The notes beneath the pieces were generated by a model. That model was not told where the DNA came from and made no database searches. It worked only from the letters and a program-made list of their open reading frames with translations. From Glaucostegus cemiculus (lineage: Eukaryota), in assembly GCA_976551045.1 (NCBI GenBank), contig CDPCPM010000275.1, positions 3,844,001-3,908,000 on the forward strand: a DNA stretch of 64,000 nucleotides, given 5' to 3'. This document shows, piece by piece, positions 51,146 through 63,370 of this stretch (within the stretch, counting starts at the first letter, position 1; every line of letters begins with the position of its first letter). Position numbers and translations under genes: made by a program.

Positions 51146-53354
51146 GCTGCTACAATTGAGGAAGTAATTGAGTTGAACAGTGATGAATGAAAAGAAACCA
51201 CAATTATTTCACATGACTTGGATTGAAGTTTTCTTTTAATAAATTAACAACAGGAAATTGTGCATAATGCGTACATCCCATATGGATGTGCGGTTAACTT
51301 TCCACAGCAGGAGACAGCAGAACCACAGGTGATAAATTACACTGGTCCACAAAAACATTCATGAGACCACCTACAGTTTAATTATTTATGAAATATTTTT
51401 GATTTAATGCTTTATCACAATAATTACGATCTAATTTTGACAAAAAATCTTGTACAAAAAAGTTGCCAGCCAAGGGCAAATCTTTTTGCACTAAGATCTT
51501 CAGGTGCTGCATTATATAATATAAAAATAATTATATTTTTAGTCATCTACTTGCAAAAACAGAATATAAATACACTTTTTATGTCATAGGTCTGAGAGCT
51601 GGTACTTAGACCTCAAATAAGTTTTCTCTCAGCTGCACAAGTTTAACAAATAACCTTTTAATTGTCTTACCATATACTAGAAACAAATACAGCTTAACTA
51701 ATGACTCGCTGAACAAAGCCATTACCAATTCTTTGTCCAAATTCCATAGCACTAAATAATCCACTGGTGTGAAAGTAATTTCTATTTCCAAAAGGGAACA
51801 GTTCTGAGATTTTAGTGGCTAGCATGTGTGAAATTTCACCTACCAGTTAGAAGCATAAATGATGTCAGTTGCTGCAGAAGGAGGGATCACAAGGAAGTTC
51901 CAGTAACAGAAAGGAAACCCTATCATGTCCTCGGAAATTTTTGGGCAGCAGTAGTGTACGTATAGTTCGTTTGTACTTTGTGCACAGATCAATGAATGCT
52001 TTTTGCAGTGTGACCATCTGTTTCTAAACCATTTTTTGGGTCAATTTAAACTCCTGGTTATATTTTGATTAAGTCAAGAACATACGACATTAAGACCTGT
52101 TCCTGCACATGGTTACGCACTGCCAAAACTGAAATTTGGCGTTCTTCAGGTAAAGTTGGATAGCAAGAAAATGTGAGAATAATGAAACAAAAACACAATA
52201 AGAATTATATAATGCTGAAAACCAAAGAATGCAGAGGCCATTAGCACTGCTTTGGTATTGATTTGATCTGAGCCGGCGGTGAGGCAAGCGATTGGAAGCA
52301 TGCTCCCTGAATTACTAATGACTTCTCTCAACAAATCTGGGGTAAGGGAGTCTTCATTGCACAAGACAATTTTATTTTCCTGTATGGATAATAGCTATAA
52401 ATTTAAAATGTCAGACTATTAAAATGCAAAATGCTAAAGTTCTAGATATTTGCAATGTGCATCATCACCTTCTTTTATACATTTTCATTTAATTATTTCT
52501 ACAGTTTTATTTATTAATGCCTCCTACTGTAACACATGGTTTTATTTAACAATACTAAAACCATTACACAAACTACTGGCCAAAGGGGAACTAAATACTA
52601 TGGGGTTGCAGGAGGATAATCACATTCTTCCTGCCATTTACTATCTGCCTATTTTTGCTGTGTTTTGAAGGGAAGGCAATCATCACCACTGCTTTATGTA
52701 GGATTAGACTTTGAATGGCACATGACTAGACCTCAGCAGGATGGAGCGGTAAACAAAATTTTGCAATACTGAATTCAGCATTATGTGGATTCTGAGGGTT
52801 ATTCATGAAGCTCTTTCTCTCTTTACTCTCACAAAGAGATACAGTATGTATAGCCACACAAAGAGCCTACCCAGTTTGTATTCAGTAATCTGAGACCTGT
52901 TGGAAGGTTCTGTCATAGTTGGTACTCTAACAGCAGCCTTGCTAGTGTTTGTGAAAGCCCTAAGCAGCAATTTGAAGGTGTACCTGCCAGGACAAGCCAG
53001 CAGTGTGGCGATTCAGTTAGGAGAATGAGCAAAAAGCTATAGTGGCTTGGGAATGTTGGATGGAGGAGGAGTTGTGTGGTGTTGTTTGTCTGTAATTGGT
53101 GAGTTACAATCAAGATCTGGTACGAGGGTTATGTAGTGAGAATGTGTGTTAGACTGAAGAATGTGGTGATGTCCAGAATGGACAGAGAGTAAATGGAGAA
53201 TGTTATGCTTGCCTGGCCTCCTGGTGTGATGCACTTCTTTCTTCATTGTTGATTAGTTCTGAGTGTGAGGGGGTTCATAATCAATGGTGGTTCTAGACCC
53301 CTGCCTGACTGACATTGGTGCAAAAGTGCAGCTGCAGTTCTGATTAAAGGACGC

Positions 53355-53426
53355 TGATTAACTCTGTTTCCGTCTCCTCAAAAGCTGCATGATGTACTGA
53401 GTATTTACAGCATTTTCTGTTTTTAT
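53355..53426 (+). mobile_element. Penelope-like/SINE tail fragment
   Basis: TTAACTCTGTTTC...CTGAGTATTTACAGCATTTTCTGTTTTTAT. Confidence 0.6.
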
Positions 53427-54419
53427 GATTAACTTAGTGAGAGAAAAACACAGGAATATGAGACTCTTGTAACCCCAGCAAAGGCTTGAAAGACCTTTTC
53501 ATCAGTTATGCTTCTGCATGCTGCCATGGTCAAGTGTCAAATAGTCACAGCTGTGCCTAACTGCAAATGATGATCCTAATCTTGACTGATTCTGCGAGTG
53601 AAAGATGCCTTGAAATGATTTGGTGGACATTGCCAGGATACACCTTGCTGACTGCACAATAATCTGTTATTCCTGAGGTGCATTAAAGCTATTGCTCGGA
53701 ACTTTCCTAAACTGGGTGCGGTTCAGGGTGGGGTGGGGTGGTGGAGAGAAACATCAATTTACTCCACTTCTACACTCAAATTCAAACAATAAACATTCAA
53801 TGAATTTTCCAGGAAGCCTGTGTGTAACTCCCTTTGATGCTAAATTGTAAAGTTTTCTGCCTTAGCTATAGTATAACAACATAGCTGAAACTGATGAAAT
53901 TCAGACACATTGTTAAAGAACCTGCAAATATTTAATTTCTGTTTCTTTAATTTGGGACTCTGAGGAGCTTGGTTTTGGTGCCTTGTAATGAAAGGCAACA
54001 ATGCAACTTTACAAGGTCTTTGTTTAAATATCAGAATGAGAAATGGGTGTGCTGATGTTTTGTATCACATGTTGCAGATGTGTGTAATAAGGCTTTTGTT
54101 CAAACATACAGGGATGGTTGCCATGAGCACACTTTAATGGAGACCTTTAAGATTGCAATTCCAACTGTTTGAATAATGACATGTTCTCTGGAGGAAAATC
54201 CACTATTTCAACTTATGCAGCTACTCATTGAGAATGCTGGAGAATTGCAATCGTGGCTAAATGATTGAAAAGTTTGTAAAGCTGAACATTTTTTCTTTCA
54301 AGAATAATAAATAGGGAGAGAGAATTAATTCTTTAAAATGATGTAAGGCACTGATAATGTAATAAAGCTGATAATTTAAATTCATATAATTAAACATCAT
54401 GCTGGTTTGCTCTTAGAAC

Positions 54420-55940
54420 GAGCCACCAAGTTAGTCTTCTGCCTTCTCTCTGTGGTCTTGAAAATTTTTCAGTTTCATCTATTTATCTACTTCCCTTTAG
54501 AAAATTATTACCAAATCCACTTACAGTCCCTTATCAGGTAGTGTTTTCGAGATCACACCAACTCACTGTATATTATTGTTTACTTTTTATTACCTTGAGT
54601 TCTTCTGTCCCATTTACCTTAAATCTGTGTCCCTGATTACTGGTCCCTATGCTATTGAAAACGGTTTTTCCTAATTTATTCTAATTAAAACCACTTAAGT
54701 TTTTTGGTATTGGTATTGGTTTATTATTGTCACTTGTACTGAGGTACAGTGAGAAACTTGTCTTGTATACTGTTTGTACAGATCAATTCATTACACAGTG
54801 TATTCACCAAGGCAGCAAGAGGCATAGACAGAGTCCATGGAGGGGAGGCTGGTTTCTGTGACGTGCTGGGCTGTGTCCACAACTCTCTGCAGTTTCTTGC
54901 GGTCCTGGGCAGAGCAGTTGCCATACCAAATTGTGATGCATCCAGATAGGATGCTTTCCATAGTTCATCGATAAAAGTTGGTGAGTGTCAAAAGGGACAT
55001 GCCAATTTTCTTTAGACTCCTGAGGAAGTAGAGGAGCTGGTGAGCTTTCTTGGCCGTGGCTGTTGGTAATGTTCACTCCTAGGAACTTGAAGCTCTCAAC
55101 CCTCTTGACCTCAGCACCATTGATGTAGACAGGTGCATGCACACTGTCCCCTTTCCTGAAGTCAATGACCAGCCCTTTCGTTTTGCTGACATTGAGAGAA
55201 AGGTTGTTGTCATGACACCATGTCACTAAACTCTCTCTATCTTCTTCCTGTACTCTGACTCATTGTTATTTGAGATATGGTCTACTATGGTGGTATCATC
55301 TGCAAACTTGTAGATGGAGTTCGAGCAGAATCTGGCCATGCAGTCATGAGTATATAGGAATTAGAGTAGAGGGCAGAGGGGACAGCCTTGTGGGGCACCA
55401 GTGTTGAGAATAATCGTGCTGGATGTGTTGTTGCCTAGCCTCACTGATTGCAGTCTGTTGGTCAGGAAGTCAAGGATCCAATTGCAGAGGGAGGTGTTGA
55501 GTCCAGATCTCTTTTTAGGCATCTCTACCAAATCTCTTCTTAGCCTTCTCTGCATGAAGGAGAACAATTGCAGCTTCATTAGTAACTGAAATATTTCATC
55601 ACTGATGACACTGTGATTCGCCTCTGTATCCCATTCCGAGATGTAGAACTCAGAATTACCCATAACACTCCTTCTGAGGCCTAACCAATGTCTTTTAAAG
55701 ACTTGGGATAACTTCCTTTTTTTAATGCTATTTTTCTACTTATAAAGCCAATGATCTTGAATGCCTTTTAACAGTCTTCTCAATTTGTACTGCTGCTTTT
55801 AAAGCCTGCACATCTCTCCCTCTGATCTCTCTCTGTTTCTGCACTCTCTTTTAAATTGTAAGATTTAGATTATTTTACCTCTCATTCTTCCTATCAAGAT
55901 AAATAACCCTACATTTCTCTGCATGTCTTCCCAAAGTCTA
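54420..55940 (-). mobile_element. old CR1 3' fragment split by a Rex1/Babar insertion
   Basis: CR1 antisense phrases on both sides of 54706-55505. The minus-strand ORF reads [16 protein letters not shown] up to the insertion junction. Confidence 0.65.
54706..55505 (-). mobile_element. Rex1/Babar-type LINE, 5'-truncated RT to 3' end
   Basis: [40 protein letters not shown] and WCHDNNLSLNVSKTK..IDFRK..ESFKFLGVNI, with a (CCAATA)n tail. Confidence 0.88.
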
Positions 55941-57974
55941 TTAGTTTCCTCTTCATAAAAACATAATAAGTAGAAGCAGGAGTAGGTCCTTTGAGCTCTC
56001 CCATTTGCTTCACCATTCATCGAGACCATGGCTGATCTTTTACTTCAATTGCACTTTCCTGTATTAACTTCATATCCCTTGATTCCCTTAATATTCAAAA
56101 ATCTAAGCTATCCGTCTTGAATAAACTGAACAAACGAGCCTTCTTTGGTAGAAAATTCCAAAGATTTGTTATCTCTTCTCATATCAGTCTTGATGGCCAA
56201 CCCTGTATTTTGAGTCTGTAAATCCTTGTTCTTGATACTTTAGCCAGGGGAAACATTTTCCTGGCATCTACCTTGTTAAGTCCTACAAGAATTTTGTGTG
56301 TTTTAATGAGATCATTTCTCATTCTTTAAACTCAAGAGAGTGCTGGACCAGTCTGCTTAATCCTTCCTCATAGGGCAATTCATCCATCTCAGGAATCTAG
56401 CTGGTGAACCTTTGTTGCACTCCCCTTTATTACAAGTATATTCATCTGCAGTTAGGGAGACCAGAAATGTGCACAATATTCCAGGTGCAGTCTCACCAGG
56501 CATTATATAATTACAGTAGGATGCCTTTACTATTGTACTCAAGTACTCTTGCAATAAAGGCCAACATACCATTTGCCTTCCTAATTGCTTGCTATAATTG
56601 CACATTTCAGTGATTCCTGAACAAGAACATTAAGGTTCCTCAGAACAACAATACCTTTCAATTCTCACTGTTTAAAAAATACTCTGTTGTTCTATTGTTG
56701 TTCCACTGAAATGGATAACCTTACACTTTTCTGCATTATATTCCATTTGTCATATCCTGATCCAGTCACTTAGCCTATCTTTATTCCTATGAAGCCTCTC
56801 TGCATCCTCCTCACAACTCACACTACTATCCAACAGACTTGGATATATTACACTTGGTTCCCTTATCCAAAGCAATGATGAAAATTGTGAACAGCTTGTC
56901 TCTATGGCATCTTGTTGGTTACAGCCTTCCCACATGTAGGGACAACTCTTTTATTCCTACTGTATGTTTATGGCCATCAGCCAACCCTCATTCCATGTCA
57001 GTATATTACCTTCAATCTCATGTGCTCCAATATTGTTTAATAATCTCTTGTGGCATCTCATCAAAGGCTTTCTGAAAGTACAAATACAGCACATCCTCTA
57101 GTTCCCCCTTATTTATTCTGATAGTAGTAACCTCAAAAAACTCTTAACATATTTGTCAAACAGCATTTCCTTTTCATAATTCTGAAAGTCTGCTCAGTCC
57201 TATTGTTATTTTCTTAGAGCTCTATTGTCTTTTCCTAACTTATAGCTTCTGATGTTTTCCCTTCTACTGATGTGAGGTGATCTAGTCTATAGTTCCCCTT
57301 TTCTCTCCCTTTCCTTTCTTAAAGAGTGGGCTTACACTTGCTAAGTTCCAATCTGTGGGAACTGTGCTAGAATATATGGAAATTTGGAAGATGACATCAG
57401 TTCTTCTATAACCACCTATTTTTTCAGAGCTTTGTGATGCAGGTTACCAGGGCATGGGACAGACACAAAATTTTTGTATAATTGCCCTGTTATTTTCTTA
57501 TTACTCAGTATAATTCCTTGTGTCTCATTCTGTAAGGCACTCACATTAGCTGTTGCTAACCTTTTGCTTTTCAAATATCTATGGAAGCTTTTACAGTTTA
57601 ATGTTATGTTTCTTGCTAGATGACACTCCCATTCTACTTTTGCTTTCCTTATCAGATTCCTGGTCTTCTTTAGCTAAATTCTGATATCTTTCCAATTCTC
57701 AGGCTTAAACTTTGATCTGATGCTACCTTCAACTACAAAAAACCACAACTGAACCATTTTTTCCTGTTGGGTTTATGTGCCTTAAGGGGAAATATATTAC
57801 TTGTGAACTATGATTTAGTCCTCCAGATGTTTGCCATTGTTTGTTTACTTCTTTACTTTTTAATGTCATTTTCCAGTCTACCATAGCCAATTCATGCCTC
57901 ACATGCTTATAATTTGCTTTGTTGCTTTCCAACCGAATACAACCACTTTCAAACTTTACCTAAATTTTAATCAT

Positions 57975-58276
57975 ATAAGATAAGATAAGCTCTTTATTAG
58001 TCACATGTACATCGAAACACACAGTGAAATACATCTTTTGTGTAGTGATTTTTGGAGGGGCAGCCCACAAGTGTCACCACACTTCCGGTGCCAATATAGC
58101 ATGCCCATTAACTTCCTAACCTGTATGTCTTTGGAATGTAGGAGGAAACCAGAGCACCTGGAGGAAAGCCACACAGACACGGGGAGAATGTACAAACTCC
58201 TTACAGACAGTGGCTGGATTTGAACCCGGGTCGCTTGTGCTGTAAAGCATTATGCTAACCACTATGCTACCGTGCC
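57975..58276 (-). mobile_element. V-SINE, full length, (CTTAT)n tail
   Basis: Collinear homolog of 19601-19899. Confidence 0.9.
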
Positions 58277-58284
58277 TGTGTTAT

Positions 58285-58690
58285 AATCTTTGGATGACTT
58301 ACTTCCACTCTGGTTTTATGGATTCTGAGGTGGCCAATGAGGCCAATGTAGGAACCACAGACTCTTCCACAGATGGGGCAGGTGAAGGCTTATAGTTTGC
58401 AAGGTGACCTGCTCTTTCCGTCACTTATGCAGGGCCTTTGTGTGCTCCCCATGTATGGCCTCTACATCCTCACCACCATCCTGAATGCTCCATTTCCACT
58501 TTGAGCAGTCAAGGGCTAAAGATTCACTGGTGTCAGTGGGAGGGAATATTTGTTCATGACTCTGTGCATATCCTTGGCTGTTTTCCTCCATCTGCCTGGT
58601 AATCTCTTCACATGGCAGAATTTGGAATTGTATGTTTGTTTCAGAAATCTGTTATTGGGTGTGTGAATGATGTGGCTTTCCCAAAGTTGC
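58285..58690 (-). mobile_element. RTE-type LINE 3' fragment
   Basis: Minus strand reads TDTSESLALDCSKWKWSIQDG, resembling the RTE ORF C-terminus. The 3'UTR phrase ACAGACTCTTCCACAGATGGGGCAGG is present. Confidence 0.55.
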
Positions 58691-60557
58691 TCAATTTTAT
58701 GATCCCATTTTCCCTTAATTACAAGAGTATTAATTAACCTTATCTCGGTAGATCAAAAGTAGCCAGTTCTTTAGTTGGTTCCTCAACGTACTGATCTAGA
58801 AACCTTCTTGTGTGAATTTGTCCTCTACACTACTACTAATTTGGTTGCTCAGTCTATATCTAGATTTAAAGCCCCATAATTGTTACATTACCCATGTTAC
58901 TTGATTTATCTGTGCCCATACTGTTTATTAACATTATTTTTTGGGGTTGTCTAGACAAGTTCAGTAAAGTCTACATCCAAACTAATTGTACTTGATTTTC
59001 CACGCTAAGTTCCTTTCTCTCTATTGCCTCTATCTCATCCCTTATTATCAAGGTTACTTTTTTTTGCCCAACCATTCTGTAAGTTACATTTCCTGGAATA
59101 TTTAATTGCCAATCTTGGTCATTTTGCAACAGAGTCTCTGTGATAGCCAGTGGATTATACCCATCTATTTCCTTTTGTGCCACTAATTCACCCATCTTGT
59201 TTCAATTACTGTAAACATTCAGAATGAGAAAATTAGATTTTCACCATTTCTCCTATTCCGACTCTAATTAGAGGAATACTCTTATGTTTGTATGCTTTGT
59301 TCCTTCCTAATAGACCCAGTTTATCATTATCCATTTAAATATGCTGCCCTCCCCACCCTCTATTTTGTTGAAAGCCTTATTTGCAGTCCCAGTTATTTCA
59401 TTCACCAAGTCACTGATCCTAGCAAGGTTCGAGTGAAGCCCATCCTCATGAAACACCTCCTTCTTTTCCCAGTATTGGTGCCAGTGTCCCAAGAATTGAA
59501 GCCCATTTCTCCCACACCAATCTTTGATCCATAGTGCCAGGTTTTGTTGACCTAATGCCAATTTGCATCTGTTTCATATATTTTGAGATCACTATACTTG
59601 TGGTGCAGTTTTATAATTTTGACCCTGGTTGTGCATACTCCTTGAACAGAACCTCTATCCGAGTAGTAGCTAGCTTTTTTTCTTACCTGGTCCATGACAA
59701 CCCAGCACCAGGAAGGGAACACAGTCTTTGAGGCTCACACTTACCATTGCAAAGAACAGTGTATATCACCCTAACTATACTGTTCTCTATCACTACTACA
59801 TTTCTTTTCACTACTCATTTGGAGTGTCCCCTGTACCACGGTGCTATGGTTAGTTTGGTCATCCTCTCTGAAGTCTCTGATCTTATCCCCATAGGCTGCA
59901 AGAATGTCATTCCTGTTGGGCAAATGTAAGGGCAGTGGTTCCTCCACTGCCACATTTAGAGTGCCTCACTCAGACTGTGTCTCTCCTAATGCCTCACTCA
60001 TTGTCATGCATTCCCATACCTCTTGACTGACCAGTTCTGCAGTCCCTAATCTAAAGAGGAATGACTGCCTTGTTTGGAATAAAGTGTCCAGATAACATTC
60101 CTTTTCTTTGATGCTCTGTAGTATCCAAACCTTGGACTTCCTCTTTCCAACTCTGAGCTAAAGTTCCTGCAGCTGCAAACTGTTTTACTGTGGATGTGTT
60201 CACCATGAATTACAGTGGTTTTAATCAACCCTCACATTTTACATCTGCACACATTACCTGTCTTGCCATGACTGACTTCATATTATTATTTGTTTAATTA
60301 ATATAGTTACTCCTTTAAATGTAAAGCTGCATCTTTTTCCTTGCCTCACCAAAATCTCTTACCACCAAAGTCCACGCTCCACAGACGCTGCACTTGTTGG
60401 GCACAATAGGCTGCATTGAGCAGTCTCCTCCACTAACCAGAATTTCCAGACTATTGCATGTCATTCCTATTACTATCCTAACACATTCTTAATTCACTTT
60501 TTTTGTTAGTATTATAATAGATTTTCCAATGAACCTGGTAAGTTTAAAGGAAGCAGG

Positions 60558-60977
60558 GAAAAGAGAGCCCTGGTGAATCAGAAGAGAGCCTAAGAACTGA
60601 GATCTTGGTGAGTAGAAAGGGAGCACGAGAACTGGGGCCCTGGTGAGTGGAAAGTGAGTGTGGAAACTAGGGCCCTGGTGAGCGGGGAGGGAGTGTGGGA
60701 ACTGAGGCCTCAGTGAGTGGGAAGGGAGTGTGGGAACTGAGGCCCTGGTGAGTGGGAAGGGAGCACAGGAACTGGGGCCCTGGTGAGTGGGAAGGGAGCA
60801 CAGGAACTGGGGCCCTGGTGAGTGGGAAGGGAGTGTGGGAACTGAGGCCCTGGTGAGTGGGAAGGGAGCACAGGAACTGGGGCCCTGGTGAGTGGGAAGG
60901 GAGTGTGGGAACTGAGGCCTCAGTGAGTGGGAAGAGAGTGTGGGAACTGGGTCCCTGGTTAGTCGGAAGGGAGCACA
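60558..60977 (+). repeat. G-rich minisatellite, ~12 x 35 bp
   Basis: Unit GGAACTG(G/A)GGCCCTGGTGAGTGGGAAGGGAG(CACA/TGTG), with starts every 35 bp (e.g. 60733, 60768, 60803, 60838). Confidence 0.95.
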
Positions 60978-63370
60978 GCAAGCACCAGCTAGTAAACCAA
61001 ATGCCAAACCATCAGGATATCCGAATAGCTGGAGAGTGGATATTTGAGTTTTACCATATTCATGTTGGCTTGAACTCCAAAACCCATTCACAGCTCAGGG
61101 AGAATCTGTTGGCTTTAAAAATGTTACATTATACCACTTTTCAACAAAATAGAACTTAATTTTTGTCTACACGATCAATAAAATAACCTCTTTGAAAATT
61201 AAAAAGCACTGTTTGCGCAGTGGGTTAAAAAGTGAAGCTGGTCTCAGTCACTTCAATTAGTAGTCAGCACGATAAGCTAAATGGTTTTTCGGCTTTCTGT
61301 TGACTGGAACACCTCCAGCTGCTGAAAATCTCACTCATTAACTGGAAATGAATATGTGCTGGTAGCTCATATTGCAGCTGTGCTGCACTGATGGTTTAAG
61401 ACTGGTAGCTACCATGTGTGAAGCATAACCAAGAAGACAGGAGTTACACAAACTAATTCTCCGATCCCATGCACCCAGCGAGGAAGTGGCTTGTGAAGGA
61501 ACTGGAGGTCAGATAAAATGGTGCAGTCTTGTAGCCACAATTCTCTGGCCTGCATTCGATATGATTGTAGCTCTTGGCTGGCGCCCCAGAATTAGCCCTT
61601 TACTGAGAGATGTGATTATCACTCTTCTTGCATATACAGAGCTCTGATTCCCCTGTGGCTATTCCTTAATGTGTGTACAGTATAAACAGAACTGAGATGG
61701 CCCCATTTGATGATAATTCATTCTGCTGTGCGCTTGAACTTTGCAGGATAAGATTGACACTTGACTTTCTTCTCACACAAATGTTTAGGGCATGGATGTG
61801 ATTCTGAACCCACTTTGCATTTAGCATTTTCGTTGAAACAAGCATCCAACCTGACCTGTCCTTGATAGTCTTGATTCATCGCTTTATTTGCTGAATAAAA
61901 AGCAGAATATTATCTGCTCCAAAGATGACAGGAGCAAGGTCAGTGTCTCTCTACGTTCTGGAAATGATCATATAATGAGTAAACTGGCTGTGCCACAGTA
62001 GCTACTGCGCACACCACCATGGAACTGGATGTAGGTGCAAGCCACATTACCTCTATGCCTGCACTTTTGGGCTCAGGTGAGGATGTTAGGCTCGCAGGGG
62101 CTGAGCGCGCGGTGGTCCTTGGGCAGTGACTTGTGCCTCGCTCCAGGAGTGAACAAGCTGCAGCAGTGGTAATAGGCAGATAATAGGCACACGTTACTCT
62201 ACTAAGCACAGTGCGACTGTTTTGCTAATAGAGTGTGAAGACAAGACTGTGGCTCCACAAAGATTACAAGGCAATCATGCGTTATAGTACTGCAGCAGAT
62301 AGATGCTGAACTGTGGTCCTTCTTGCTGATCCCCAGTCTGATGGCTCTCCTCCAGGATTCAACCAGCTTGGCCAGTGTTGGCACAACCAAGATGTTTGGA
62401 CATGGAGGTTGATGTCCCACACACAGAGTACACTCTGCTCTTGCTTTTCATGTGTTGTTCAGCATGGAGGAGTACTTAGTGTTCTGCTGAAGGAAGGCAA
62501 CATGGAAATACAAGAAGTTGTTTCCTTGCCATGGGGCCCCATGGCAAGAAAGAATGACCTGTTGTCCTTCATAGATCTTTGGGTACAAACATGAAGTGGT
62601 GCCCTTGGTGTACCTCTGCCAAACAGAGACTTTGGAAAATAAAACAGGAAGAACAGGATAATTGCATGGGATTACCATCCTTCTTATATCTCCCTTCTCT
62701 TCTGCCATCTCCCTTTCCTATATATTGTTTAGTGGTTGGAAGGAACCATTTCCCAACCCCAAACACAGCAGACAGTGGTGGTTTGCATATCGGCTGATCT
62801 ACTATTTTTTGGAAACAGCCGGTATTGAGAGCAGTTGCTGCAGTTGCTTTTATTTTTATTGTGAGTGCTGATCTGAGTGGTTTCTGGAGTTCACACACAG
62901 TCATTCACTGAGGACCATGTAGGCAGCAAGCATTCTGCATCAGGGATAAGAGGTCTCCTCTTCTTACAACTTGAAACTTCCCTGGCCAGTGAATCCTCTT
63001 TTTATGTTGATGCTTCTCCTTCAAATGAAACATACATATGTGTTCCTGAGAGTAGAATATCTAGAACATAGGTTGAAGATGAAAGATGACATTTAAATCA
63101 GGACCAGGAGTAGGTTTTTGATACAAATGTAAGGTTCTGTGAGGCAACAACAAGAATTTGTTAATGAAGCAAAGGCTATGTCGATATATCGCATACATAG
63201 GAAAAGGAAATAAAGAGAAAGTGGAAACAATAAGATCCTGAGATTAAAATGATTGCATGTGTTGCAGGTTAACATTATATCTTATTGCGTGTTAGACCTC
63301 TGACTGGTTGGTTCAACTTGTTTCATGTACTGTTTATGGAAAAAGTTGAGCCCAAACAAGTTTGTTGCTA

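Larger units (their letters stand above)
55958..60300 (-). mobile_element. near full-length degenerate CR1 LINE (ORF1 zinc-finger/SGNH esterase + ORF2 endonuclease/RT), with nested SINE and RTE
   Basis: ORF1 start MARQVMC at 60269, then LPNR..IL and WIKDWCGRNGLQFLGHW..DGLH (esterase). ORF2 shows ELVAQ..GY..LAITET.LQ.DQDWQLNIPG (APE endonuclease) and FQKAFD (RT). CR1 3'UTR lies at ~55960. Many stops and frameshifts. Confidence 0.85.

Noticed and set aside
59307-59561. Host SGNH esterase gene
   Set aside because: This is the esterase domain of CR1 ORF1, directly upstream of the ORF2 endonuclease, and it is disrupted.
60558-60977. CRISPR-like array or the 200-aa repetitive ORF
   Set aside because: Contiguous tandem units without unique spacers, no cas genes, vertebrate context; the ORFs are repeat artefacts.
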